64,000 nucleotides of DNA from Bacteroidales bacterium (GTDB lineage: Bacteria > Bacteroidota > Bacteroidia > Bacteroidales > WCHB1-69). Below the pieces are notes generated by a model, which was not told the DNA's origin, made no database searches, and saw only the letters and a program-made list of their open reading frames with translations. Every line of letters begins with the position of its first letter. Position 1 is the stretch's first letter. The stretch is taken from contig JAVBLM010000005.1 of NCBI GenBank assembly GCA_031553535.1, positions 4,113 through 68,112 on the forward strand. The letters run 5' to 3'. A program made the position numbers and the translations under genes. Shown here piece by piece: positions 9,664-17,510 of this stretch.

Positions 9664-9970
9664 TGGAGGTTCCCGAACCCACCCCAGCAATGCCGGACAT
9701 GGTTTCGGAGGTTCCCGAACTCACCCCAGCAATGCCGGACATGGTTTCGGAGGTTCCCAACACCGCCCCAGCAACTCCGGGCATACCTTCGGACGTTCCC
9801 GAACCCTTCCCAGAAACATCAGGCATGGTTTCGGAGGTTCCCGATACCGTCCCAGCAACTCCGGGCATACTTTCGGATTTTCCCGAACCCTTCCCAGAAA
9901 CTCCTGATATACTTTCAGAAGTTTCTGAGCCCTTTCCGACAACTGTCGGCCTATTTCCGGGAATACTTTC
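9664..9970. repeat. tandem array, 42-nt period, 7 full plus 1 partial units (array 1)
   Basis: Units start at 9664, 9706, 9748, 9790, 9832, 9874, 9916 and 9958. An example unit is GGAGGTTCCCGAACTCACCCCAGCAATGCCGGACATGGTTTC. The array is GC-rich in an AT-rich spacer. Confidence 0.9.
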
Positions 9971-10309
9971 CGTTATTATTGTTGCTTTCGGAACAAGAGC
10001 TCAAGCTCAAATAAACAATAAATCAAAATATTGTATATACCAACAGTTGAAATTTTTTATTATAGAAACCGGATGGAAACTTCATCTGTAAAATAGGATG
10101 CTATCATGAATCATAGTATCCTATAAATCATTTCGATATTGTTTAAATAAGCTGAATTTTAATCCCCGGATTCATGTTTATATACCTTGTGTAATTTCGA
10201 TGCTTACTCCCTTTTTGGGGTAGGGTTGATTCTTGCGTTTGTTTAGTTCGTGTAATTTCAGTTTAAAAGTACTTTTGAATTTCATCTCGATCTATAATAT
10301 AAATTCATG

Positions 10310-10317
10310 TATATTTG
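10310..10317 (+). promoter_or_regulatory. Bacteroidetes-type -7 promoter box (TAnnTTTG), candidate promoter of lysine locus 1
   Basis: TATATTTG, 160 nt upstream of the ATG at 10478. No better match lies closer. Confidence 0.3.
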
Positions 10318-10477
10318 TAAACAAAAAATAGAAATAATTATCTTGTGTAATGAACTCGTTCTTATATGATATAATTATTTTAAAGATTTTTATTAATGCA
10401 TGTTCCTCTTAAGGTTTGAGAAAAAATTGTATTATTGTATTATCTTTTTAGATTAAGAATTTGTAAATATAAATAAT

Positions 10478-11122
10478 ATGGAAAAAATAATATCGGTAGA
10501 AGAAGCTGTCGCAAAGATTAAAGATGGTATGACCGTAATGATTGGAGGTTTTATGGCAGCGGGAACTCCCCACAAGATTATTGACGCACTTTCAAAAAGT
10601 AAAGTTAAAAATCTGACCGTGATTTGTAATGATACGGCTTTCCCTGATAAGGGAATAGGGATATTGGTGACAAACAAACAAGTGAAAAAGGTGATTGCTT
10701 CTCACATTGGCACAAATCCCAATACGATTGAACAGTTTAATAACAAAGAGTTGGAAGTTCAATTTGTTCCACAGGGAACACTGGCTGAACAGGTACGCTG
10801 TGGCGGAGCCGGTTTGGGAGGCTTCCTTACTCCTACGGGAATCGGTACTGTGGTGGAAGAAGGAAAACAGAAAATGACTGTAAATGGAGTGGAATACTTG
10901 TTGGAATTACCTATACGTGCGGATGTCGCTTTGATAGGTGCCAGCATTGGGGATCAATCGGGAAATCTTTGTTATAAGGGAACTACACAGAATTTTAATC
11001 CCATGATGGCTACGGCTGCCGATTTGGTAATTGCGGAGGTAGAAGAAATGGTGGAAATAGGCGGGATTCCTATGGAAAACATACATACTCCTGCTATATT
11101 TGTTAATTATATTGTAAAATAA
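10478..11122 (+). CDS. atoD: 3-oxoacid (butyrate-acetoacetate) CoA-transferase, subunit A
   Basis: 214 aa with the typical subunit-A N-terminus (AVAKIKDGMTVMIGGF). First gene of the lysine-fermentation operon. Confidence 0.85.
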   Translation: MEKIISVEEAVAKIKDGMTVMIGGFMAAGTPHKIIDALSKSKVKNLTVICNDTAFPDKGIGILVTNKQVKKVIASHIGTNPNTIEQFNNKELEVQFVPQGTLAEQVRCGGAGLGGFLTPTGIGTVVEEGKQKMTVNGVEYLLELPIRADVALIGASIGDQSGNLCYKGTTQNFNPMMATAADLVIAEVEEMVEIGGIPMENIHTPAIFVNYIVK

Positions 11123-11137
11123 TAAAATCTAAAAGAT

Positions 11138-11527
11138 ATGAACAAACAAGCAATGATTCGAGTAAGAATGGGTTCAAACGATGCCCATTATGGTGGAAAT
11201 CTGGTGGATGGTGCTAAAATGTTGCAATTGTTCGGTGATGTGGCTACCGAGCTTTTAATTATTAATGATGGGGATGAAGGGCTTTTTGCCGCTTATGATA
11301 AAGTTGAATTTCTGGCCCCTGTTTATGCCGGCGACTATATTGAGGCTGTAGGAAAAATTGTGAACGTGGGTAACTCTTCTCGTAAAATGGAATTCGAAGC
11401 AAGGAAAGTTGTTGTGCCGCGTCCTGATATATCCGATTCCGCTGCTGACTTTTTACCGGAGCCAATCATCGTATGCCGTGCAAGCGGAACATGCGTTGTT
11501 CCTGTGAAATGTCAAAGAAAGAAATAG
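11138..11527 (+). CDS. kal: 3-aminobutyryl-CoA ammonia-lyase
   Basis: 129-aa hot-dog-fold protein of the size and position seen for Kal in lysine-fermentation clusters. Sits between the CoA-transferase gene and kce. Confidence 0.8.
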   Translation: MNKQAMIRVRMGSNDAHYGGNLVDGAKMLQLFGDVATELLIINDGDEGLFAAYDKVEFLAPVYAGDYIEAVGKIVNVGNSSRKMEFEARKVVVPRPDISDSAADFLPEPIIVCRASGTCVVPVKCQRKK

Positions 11528-11578
11528 TTAAAAGTGAAAGGTTGAATTGCTATTTTACTCACCTTTCACTTTTAACTA
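11525..11578 (+). repeat. perfect 18-bp inverted repeat (hairpin) between kal and kce
   Basis: TAGTTAAAAGTGAAAGGT (11525-11542, starting on the kal stop codon) is the exact reverse complement of ACCTTTCACTTTTAACTA (11561-11578). The loop is 18 nt. Confidence 0.9.
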
Positions 11579-11615
11579 TTCACTTTTTACTATTAACCTT
11601 TAACTAAAAAAATAC

Positions 11616-12437
11616 ATGGAAAAATTGATCATTACAGCTGCCATATCAGGCGCTGAAGTAACCAAAGAGATGAACCCCAACGTTCCTTATACAAAGGAAG
11701 AATTTGTCCGTGAAGCGAAATCTGCCCACAATGCCGGCGCAAGTATTATTCACTTGCATGTACGTTATGATGACGGTACGCCGACTCAGGATAAAGCTCG
11801 TTTTAAGGAAATTATTGATGCTATTAAAGCTGAAATTCCCGATGTTATTATTCAGCCTTCTACAGGTGGGGCAGTGGGAATGACCAATGATGAACGTCTT
11901 CAACCTACCGAACTTAATCCCGAAATGGCAACGCTTGATTGCGGTACGTTGAATTTCGGAGGGGATGAAATTTTCGAGAATACAGAAAATACAATTAAAT
12001 ATTTCGGTCAACGAATGATCGAGCGTGGTATTAAACCTGAGCTGGAAGTGTTTGATAAGAGTATGATCGATATGGCTCTTCGTCTGCATAAAAAAGGATT
12101 TATTAATAAACCCATGCATTTTGATTTTGTAATGGGAGTGAACGGAGGGATTTCGGGTGAATTGCGGGATTTCGTGTTTTTACGCGGAAGTATTCCTGCG
12201 GATGCTACCTATACGGTGGCAGGAATAGGACGTTATGAATTTCCTTTAGCAATGGCTGCCATTATTGATGGAGGTCATGTACGGGTAGGGTTTGAAGATA
12301 ATGTTTATTTGTCGAAAGGCGTATTGGCGAAATCCAATGGAGAATTAGTTGCCAAGGTAGTCCGCATGGCAAAAGAACTCGGACGTGAAATCGCCACGCC
12401 AGCTGAAGCTCGTGAAATCTTGGGATTGAAGAAATAG
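11616..12437 (+). CDS. kce: 3-keto-5-aminohexanoate cleavage enzyme (BKACE/DUF849)
   Basis: 273 aa. The N-terminal IITAAISGAE and IIHLHVR motifs are typical of BKACE TIM barrels. The operon context agrees. Confidence 0.88.
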   Translation: MEKLIITAAISGAEVTKEMNPNVPYTKEEFVREAKSAHNAGASIIHLHVRYDDGTPTQDKARFKEIIDAIKAEIPDVIIQPSTGGAVGMTNDERLQPTELNPEMATLDCGTLNFGGDEIFENTENTIKYFGQRMIERGIKPELEVFDKSMIDMALRLHKKGFINKPMHFDFVMGVNGGISGELRDFVFLRGSIPADATYTVAGIGRYEFPLAMAAIIDGGHVRVGFEDNVYLSKGVLAKSNGELVAKVVRMAKELGREIATPAEAREILGLKK

Positions 12438-12515
12438 CTTATTGATCACGAAACGACCTTAGAGATATTTTGTGGTAAAATAAATACGGAGTAATAATAA
12501 ATAAAAATAAAAAAT

Positions 12516-13559
12516 ATGCAAAAGAAAGGAAATAAATACGGAATTCACAGAGTTATCGAACCTAAAGGTGTTCTCCCACAACCGGCAAACAAAATTGATA
12601 ATAACATGGATGAGATCTATGATAATGAGATTTTAATCGATGTTCAAACCTTAAATATAGATTCGGCTTCTTTCACGGACATAGAGCAAAGAGCAGGCGG
12701 CGATAAAAAGAAAATTGCCGAGATTATGATGGAGATTGTTGAAAAACAAGGTAAACATCGTAATCCTTGGACAGGTTCGGGCGGTATGCTCTTAGGTACT
12801 GTTGAGAAAATAGGCGACGCGCTTATTGGAAAGACCGACCTGAAAGTAGGGGATAAAATAGCCACATTGGTATCACTATCACTTACTCCTTTGAGAATAG
12901 ATAAAATTAAAGAAATCCGCCCTGATATTGATCAGGTGGATATTGATGGTAAAGCCATTTTATTTGAAAGTGGTATTTATGCGAAAATTCCCAACGATAT
13001 GCCTGCAACGTTGGCTTTGTCGGCATTGGATGTCGCCGGAGCGCCTGCACAAACCGCCAAGTTGGTAAAGCCGGGAGATACGGTTCTTATTATCGGAGCA
13101 GGAGGTAAATCCGGAATGCTGTGTTGTTACGAAGCTAAAAAGCGTGCCGGTGTTACGGGCAAGGTAATCGGACTATGCCATAGCGAGAAGAGTACCAAAC
13201 GTTTGGAAGCGTTAGGATTCTGCGATTATGTGTTTTCTGCCGATGCAACCCAGCCCGTCCCGATTCTTGAAAAGATGGAAGAACTGACCAACGGTGAAAT
13301 GGCTGACGTTACAATCAACAATGTAAATATCCCCGATACGGAGATGACAAGTATCCTTTGTACGAAAGATACAGGGGTAGTTTATTTCTTTTCTATGGCT
13401 ACCAGCTTTACAAAAGCCGCTTTGGGCGCAGAAGGAGTAGGAAGCGATGTGACTATGATTGTCGGAAACGGTTATACAAGAGGACATGCGGAAATAACCT
13501 TGCAATTATTACGCGAAAGCGAGAAACTAAGGAAAATATTTACAGAACTTTACGCATAA
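12516..13559 (+). CDS. kdd: L-erythro-3,5-diaminohexanoate dehydrogenase, paralog 1
   Basis: 347 aa. Rossmann motif IIGAGGKSG and conserved blocks NEILIDVQTLNIDSAS and FFSMATSFTKAALGAEGVG. The pathway context agrees. Confidence 0.85.
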   Translation: MQKKGNKYGIHRVIEPKGVLPQPANKIDNNMDEIYDNEILIDVQTLNIDSASFTDIEQRAGGDKKKIAEIMMEIVEKQGKHRNPWTGSGGMLLGTVEKIGDALIGKTDLKVGDKIATLVSLSLTPLRIDKIKEIRPDIDQVDIDGKAILFESGIYAKIPNDMPATLALSALDVAGAPAQTAKLVKPGDTVLIIGAGGKSGMLCCYEAKKRAGVTGKVIGLCHSEKSTKRLEALGFCDYVFSADATQPVPILEKMEELTNGEMADVTINNVNIPDTEMTSILCTKDTGVVYFFSMATSFTKAALGAEGVGSDVTMIVGNGYTRGHAEITLQLLRESEKLRKIFTELYA

Positions 13560-13581
13560 GGTTCATTGAAATTAAACCTAT

Positions 13582-13617
13582 ATTCGGCGGGATTACAAAT
13601 TCCGCCGATATTTTTTT
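13582..13617 (+). terminator. intrinsic terminator after kdd paralog 1
   Basis: Stem TCGGCGG (13584-13590) / CCGCCGA (13602-13608), followed by TATTTTTTT. Confidence 0.8.
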
Positions 13618-13781
13618 ATCGAATTTCGATACTGTCCGAATATAATACTTCGGGATCTATATCAATTTCATTTTGCCATTAATAACAGAAGTTGCTTCAT
13701 GTTTCGTAATTGATGGAACTTTTTGTTTTACCAAAAGAGCATAAATCACTAACCACTAAAAAAACATTAAGCATTTTTACG

Positions 13782-13789
13782 TATCTTTG
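13782..13789 (+). promoter_or_regulatory. Bacteroidetes-type -7 promoter box (TAnnTTTG) for the kdd2-kamA unit
   Basis: TATCTTTGCAAC, 91 nt upstream of the ATG at 13881 and downstream of the kdd1 terminator. Confidence 0.5.
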
Positions 13790-13880
13790 CAACATAACAT
13801 TAAAAAGTCGATTGTCCGCATTATCAATGATAATGAACACTAGATTAGTTGCAAAATATAAAGAGTGAATAGAATAATAT

Positions 13881-14918
13881 ATGAGAAAAGGTTGTAGATA
13901 TGGAACACATCGCGTAATAGAGCCTAAAGGTACTTTGCCCCAGCCTGCATTTCGTCTGGATAACACCATGGAAATTTATGATAATGAAATCCTGATTGAT
14001 GTTCAGACCTTGAATATCGATTCGGCAAGTTATACCCAAATAAAACAGGCATGTAATGGCGATGCTCAAAAAATGAAAGAAATGATTTACGGTATTGTCC
14101 GGGAGTGTGGCAAGATGCAGAATCCTGTAACCGGTTCGGGAGGTATGCTGATTGGGACAGTAAAAGAGATAGGGCCTAATTTTCCAAATACAACCAATCT
14201 GAAAGTAGGGGATAAGATAGCAACATTGGTATCGTTATCTCTTACACCTCTTAAACTGGAAAAGATATTGCATTTGGATGCCGGTCATGACCAGGTAGAT
14301 GTGGAAGCGCAAGCCATTCTTTTTGAGAGTGGGATTTTTGCTATCCTGCCGGATGATATTCCTGAAAAATTGGCTTTGGCAGCTTTGGACGTGGCTGGAG
14401 CTCCTGCACAGGTAGATCGTTTGGTAACAGAAGGCGATATTGTTTGTATTATCGGTGGTGGTGGAAAATCAGGGATACTATGTTGTTATCAGGCAATGAA
14501 AAATGTCGGAAAGTATGGCAAAGTGATTGTTGTAGAATATTCAGACATGAATGCTCAACGGATTATCAACATGGGCTTGGCTACCGACGTGATAGTTGCG
14601 GATGCGACCAACGTAATGGATGTCTATAATAAAGTGATGGCTATAACCGGAGGAAGGGGATGCGACGTAACAATAAATAATGTAAATGTTCCTTCTACGG
14701 AAATGACTTCCATTTTGGTAACAAAAGGACAAGGATATGTTTATTTCTTCTCTATGGCGACCAGTTTTACCAAGGCAGCTTTAGGTGCCGAAGGAGTAGG
14801 AAAAGATATTAATCTGATTGTCGGAAACGGTTATGCCAAGGGCCATGCCAACCTTACGTTGAATATCATCAGAGAGTCACAACCTATCAGAGAGTTATTT
14901 GAGAAGTTATACGTTTAA
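13881..14918 (+). CDS. kdd: L-erythro-3,5-diaminohexanoate dehydrogenase, paralog 2
   Basis: 345 aa, colinear with paralog 1 over its full length and sharing the same conserved blocks, but clearly diverged. Confidence 0.85.
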   Translation: MRKGCRYGTHRVIEPKGTLPQPAFRLDNTMEIYDNEILIDVQTLNIDSASYTQIKQACNGDAQKMKEMIYGIVRECGKMQNPVTGSGGMLIGTVKEIGPNFPNTTNLKVGDKIATLVSLSLTPLKLEKILHLDAGHDQVDVEAQAILFESGIFAILPDDIPEKLALAALDVAGAPAQVDRLVTEGDIVCIIGGGGKSGILCCYQAMKNVGKYGKVIVVEYSDMNAQRIINMGLATDVIVADATNVMDVYNKVMAITGGRGCDVTINNVNVPSTEMTSILVTKGQGYVYFFSMATSFTKAALGAEGVGKDINLIVGNGYAKGHANLTLNIIRESQPIRELFEKLYV

Positions 14919-14928
14919 ATATAAAATT

Positions 14929-15240
14929 ATGAACATTAGTGTTTGTGGAATAGATTGCGATATTGCCGGCATTGAATGCAATAAAAATAACGAAGAATTT
15001 TTTATCGAACCTTGTAAGGGGTGTAATGCTGTGGAAGGAAGGATTTTTTGGACACAATATTTAGGATTGGATACTTGTCCGATTTACCATTGTTGTGTAG
15101 ACGAAAAACAGCTCGCTCACTGTGGACAATGCACCGATTTACCCTGCGAAATATATTTTAATACGAAAGACCCGTCAATACCTGACGATATTTTTAAGCA
15201 AAAAATATATGAGCGGACGGAATTATTAAAGAAATTGTAA
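14929..15240 (+). CDS. DUF3795-like small Cys-rich protein
   Basis: 103 aa from the ATG at 14929 (MNISVCGIDCD...CKGCN...CPIYHCC...CGQC...LPC). The track ORF from 14899 overlaps the kdd2 stop and is probably too long. Confidence 0.6.
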   Translation: MNISVCGIDCDIAGIECNKNNEEFFIEPCKGCNAVEGRIFWTQYLGLDTCPIYHCCVDEKQLAHCGQCTDLPCEIYFNTKDPSIPDDIFKQKIYERTELLKKL

Positions 15241-15253
15241 AAAGTAAGATATT

Positions 15254-16495
15254 ATGCAAGTGAATAACCGAAAAATCATGTTCCCGAATGTTACCGATGA
15301 ACAATGGAACGATTGGAAATGGCAAGTGAAAAACCGGATTGAAACCTTGGATGAATTAAAAAAATACATCAACTTGACCGCAGAGGAAGAAGAAGGGGTA
15401 GCGAAATCATTACAAACGCTCCGTATGGCTATTACACCTTATTATATGAGCTTGATAGATCCCGATGACCGCAATTGTCCTGTTAGGAAGCAAGCTATTC
15501 CAACCGGAGCAGAGACACATCAATCGGCTGCCGATTTATTGGATCCACTGCATGAAGATGAAGATTCGCCTGTTCCCGGACTAACACATCGTTATCCCGA
15601 TCGTGTACTGTTCTTAATTACGGACATGTGCTCAATGTATTGCCGTCATTGTACGCGCCGCCGCTTTGCCGGACAAATGGATGCACAATCACCTTCGGAA
15701 CGGATTCAAAATGCTATTGATTATATTGCCAAAACACCTCAGGTAAGAGACGTATTGCTCTCGGGAGGAGATGCCCTTATGGTGAACGATACGATGTTGG
15801 AATCTATTATTAAACGTCTCCGTGATATCCCGCATGTGGAGATTATCCGTATAGGTACCCGTACCCCGGTGGTTTGTCCTCAACGTATTACCGATGACCT
15901 GGTAGATATGTTGAAAAAATATCACCCTGTCTGGTTGAATACTCACTTCAATCATTCCAAAGAAATAACTCCGGAAGCATCTCAGGCATGTGCTAAACTG
16001 GCTAATGCCGGAATTCCTTTGGGTAATCAGTCGGTATTGCTTCGCGGGGTGAATGATTGTGTACATATAATGAAAAAATTGGTGCATGATTTAGTAAAGA
16101 TCAGGGTTCGTCCTTATTATATTTATCAATGCGACTTGTCGATGGGGTTGGAGCACTTCCGCACCCCGGTATCCAAAGGCATTGAAATTATTGAAAATCT
16201 AAGAGGGCATACTTCCGGATATGCAGTGCCTACTTTTGTGGTAGATGCGCCTGGTGGAGGTGGGAAAACACCGGTTATGCCTACCTATCTTATCTCTCAA
16301 AGTTCGGGCAGGGTAGTGCTTCGCAATTTTGAAGGTGTTATTACCACTTATACAGAGCCTAATGATTATGTAAATGAATGTACCTGTGAAGGATGCTCTA
16401 ATAAGAAAGATGAGGCAGAAGGAGTCGCCGGTTTGTTGAGAGGAGATCAGCTATCTCTGGAACCTGAGAATCTGGCTCGTAAGAGAAGACACTAA
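15254..16495 (+). CDS. kamA: L-lysine 2,3-aminomutase (radical SAM, PLP)
   Basis: 413 aa with the radical-SAM motif [12 protein letters not shown] and KamA-type overall architecture. Confidence 0.92.
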   Translation: MQVNNRKIMFPNVTDEQWNDWKWQVKNRIETLDELKKYINLTAEEEEGVAKSLQTLRMAITPYYMSLIDPDDRNCPVRKQAIPTGAETHQSAADLLDPLHEDEDSPVPGLTHRYPDRVLFLITDMCSMYCRHCTRRRFAGQMDAQSPSERIQNAIDYIAKTPQVRDVLLSGGDALMVNDTMLESIIKRLRDIPHVEIIRIGTRTPVVCPQRITDDLVDMLKKYHPVWLNTHFNHSKEITPEASQACAKLANAGIPLGNQSVLLRGVNDCVHIMKKLVHDLVKIRVRPYYIYQCDLSMGLEHFRTPVSKGIEIIENLRGHTSGYAVPTFVVDAPGGGGKTPVMPTYLISQSSGRVVLRNFEGVITTYTEPNDYVNECTCEGCSNKKDEAEGVAGLLRGDQLSLEPENLARKRRH

Positions 16496-16496
16496 A

Positions 16497-17510
16497 ATGC
16501 CGTTTATTGATGACATATTAAATTATAAAAGTGTATCGATTGTGGGTATGGAGAAAAATACCGGCAAGACCGAAACGCTGAATTATGTCATTCGCAGACT
16601 TAATCAACTTAACAAAAAAGTAGCGGTTACTTCTATTGGTATTGACGGGGAAACTACAGATCAGGTTACCCATACACATAAGCCGGAAATAGAATTATTT
16701 GAAGATATGGTATTCGCTACTTCCGAAAAACATTATCATGAAAGGAAGCTTGTGTCTGAAATCCTTGATGTTTCTTCCCAGCAAACGGCGTTGGGAAGGC
16801 TTATTACAGGCAAGGTAAAAATAGGAGGGAAAATCATTCTTTCCGGGCCAAGTAATACCGGCTGGCTTAAAAAAGTCATTCGAAATATGGATCAATACCA
16901 TGTTACCACTACATTGATAGATGGGGCTTTGTCTCGGCGTAGTTTTGGATCTCCTTCGGTTACCGAGAGCATGATTCTTACTACGGGAGCGGCTTTATCC
17001 CCTAATATTCCCGAGTTAGTTAGAAAGACTAAATTTTTGTATTCCCTGATTAATCTACCACAGTATGAAACGCTGTTACAGGATACACTTTTGGAAATAG
17101 AAAACGGCATTTGGAGTATTGATAAGGAAGGGAATCTTCTTAATCTGCATATTCCTTCCACTTTTCTTATCGATCAGTATAAGGAAAGACTTTATTCACA
17201 TGGGGGTATTCTTTTTGTTAGCGGTGCGGTAAGTGATAAATTACTTGATACCCTTCGGTTGCAAAAGAATATTGCAGACATAATATTGGTAGTAAAAGAC
17301 TTTACCCGTATTTTTGCAAGCCCTGATTCCGTAAATGCTTTTCTTAAAAAGGGAGGAAGAATTAATGTGTTACTAAAAACAAAGCTGATTGCTCTTTGTA
17401 TCAACCCTGTTTCTCCGGAGGGCTATGTATTGGATTCCGACAAACTCAAAGAGAGTTTAAGAGAAAGTTTACATATTCCGGTGTATAATATTAAATTCGA
17501 TCGCATATGA
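16497..17510 (+). CDS. P-loop NTPase of unknown function, candidate subunit of a lysine 5,6-aminomutase reactivase
   Basis: 337 aa with Walker A GMEKNTGKT at residues 17-25. It starts 1 nt after the kamA stop, and its stop overlaps the next ATG (ATGA). Confidence 0.55.
   Translation: MPFIDDILNYKSVSIVGMEKNTGKTETLNYVIRRLNQLNKKVAVTSIGIDGETTDQVTHTHKPEIELFEDMVFATSEKHYHERKLVSEILDVSSQQTALGRLITGKVKIGGKIILSGPSNTGWLKKVIRNMDQYHVTTTLIDGALSRRSFGSPSVTESMILTTGAALSPNIPELVRKTKFLYSLINLPQYETLLQDTLLEIENGIWSIDKEGNLLNLHIPSTFLIDQYKERLYSHGGILFVSGAVSDKLLDTLRLQKNIADIILVVKDFTRIFASPDSVNAFLKKGGRINVLLKTKLIALCINPVSPEGYVLDSDKLKESLRESLHIPVYNIKFDRI

Noticed and set aside
9664-9970. The possibility that the 42-nt arrays (also 41836-42060 and 51454-51815), or the 52-nt arrays, are CRISPR arrays.
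   Set aside because: The units are directly head-to-tail with no unique spacers between repeats, they degenerate gradually, and no cas genes are present in the window.
9553-10091. Four long overlapping ORFs on both strands (9553-10014, 9690-10091, 9614-9868, 9721-9942) that encode Pro/Ser/Glu-rich 14-aa repeats.
   Set aside because: All lie on the 42-nt tandem array. A repeat whose period is a multiple of 3 keeps several frames open on both strands at once. There are no credible starts or promoter boxes, and no protein family was recognised.
10318-10477. Looked for a lysine riboswitch (L-box) or another leader element in the 160-nt region upstream of the first lysine-fermentation gene.
   Set aside because: The region is very AT-rich and lacks the conserved GC-rich L-box helices. 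Only three loosely spaced GTGTAAT motifs (about 10189, 10250 and 10347) were seen, which is too weak to call.
14899-14928. The longer start for the DUF3795 ORF (track start 14899), and similar N-terminal extensions at 48825 (nfo), 57846 (SIMPL, a TTG start) and 58029 (TonB).
   Set aside because: The extensions overlap the preceding gene or contain the TAnnTTTG promoter box. Internal ATGs give N-termini that match the family or the paralog ([30 protein letters not shown]).
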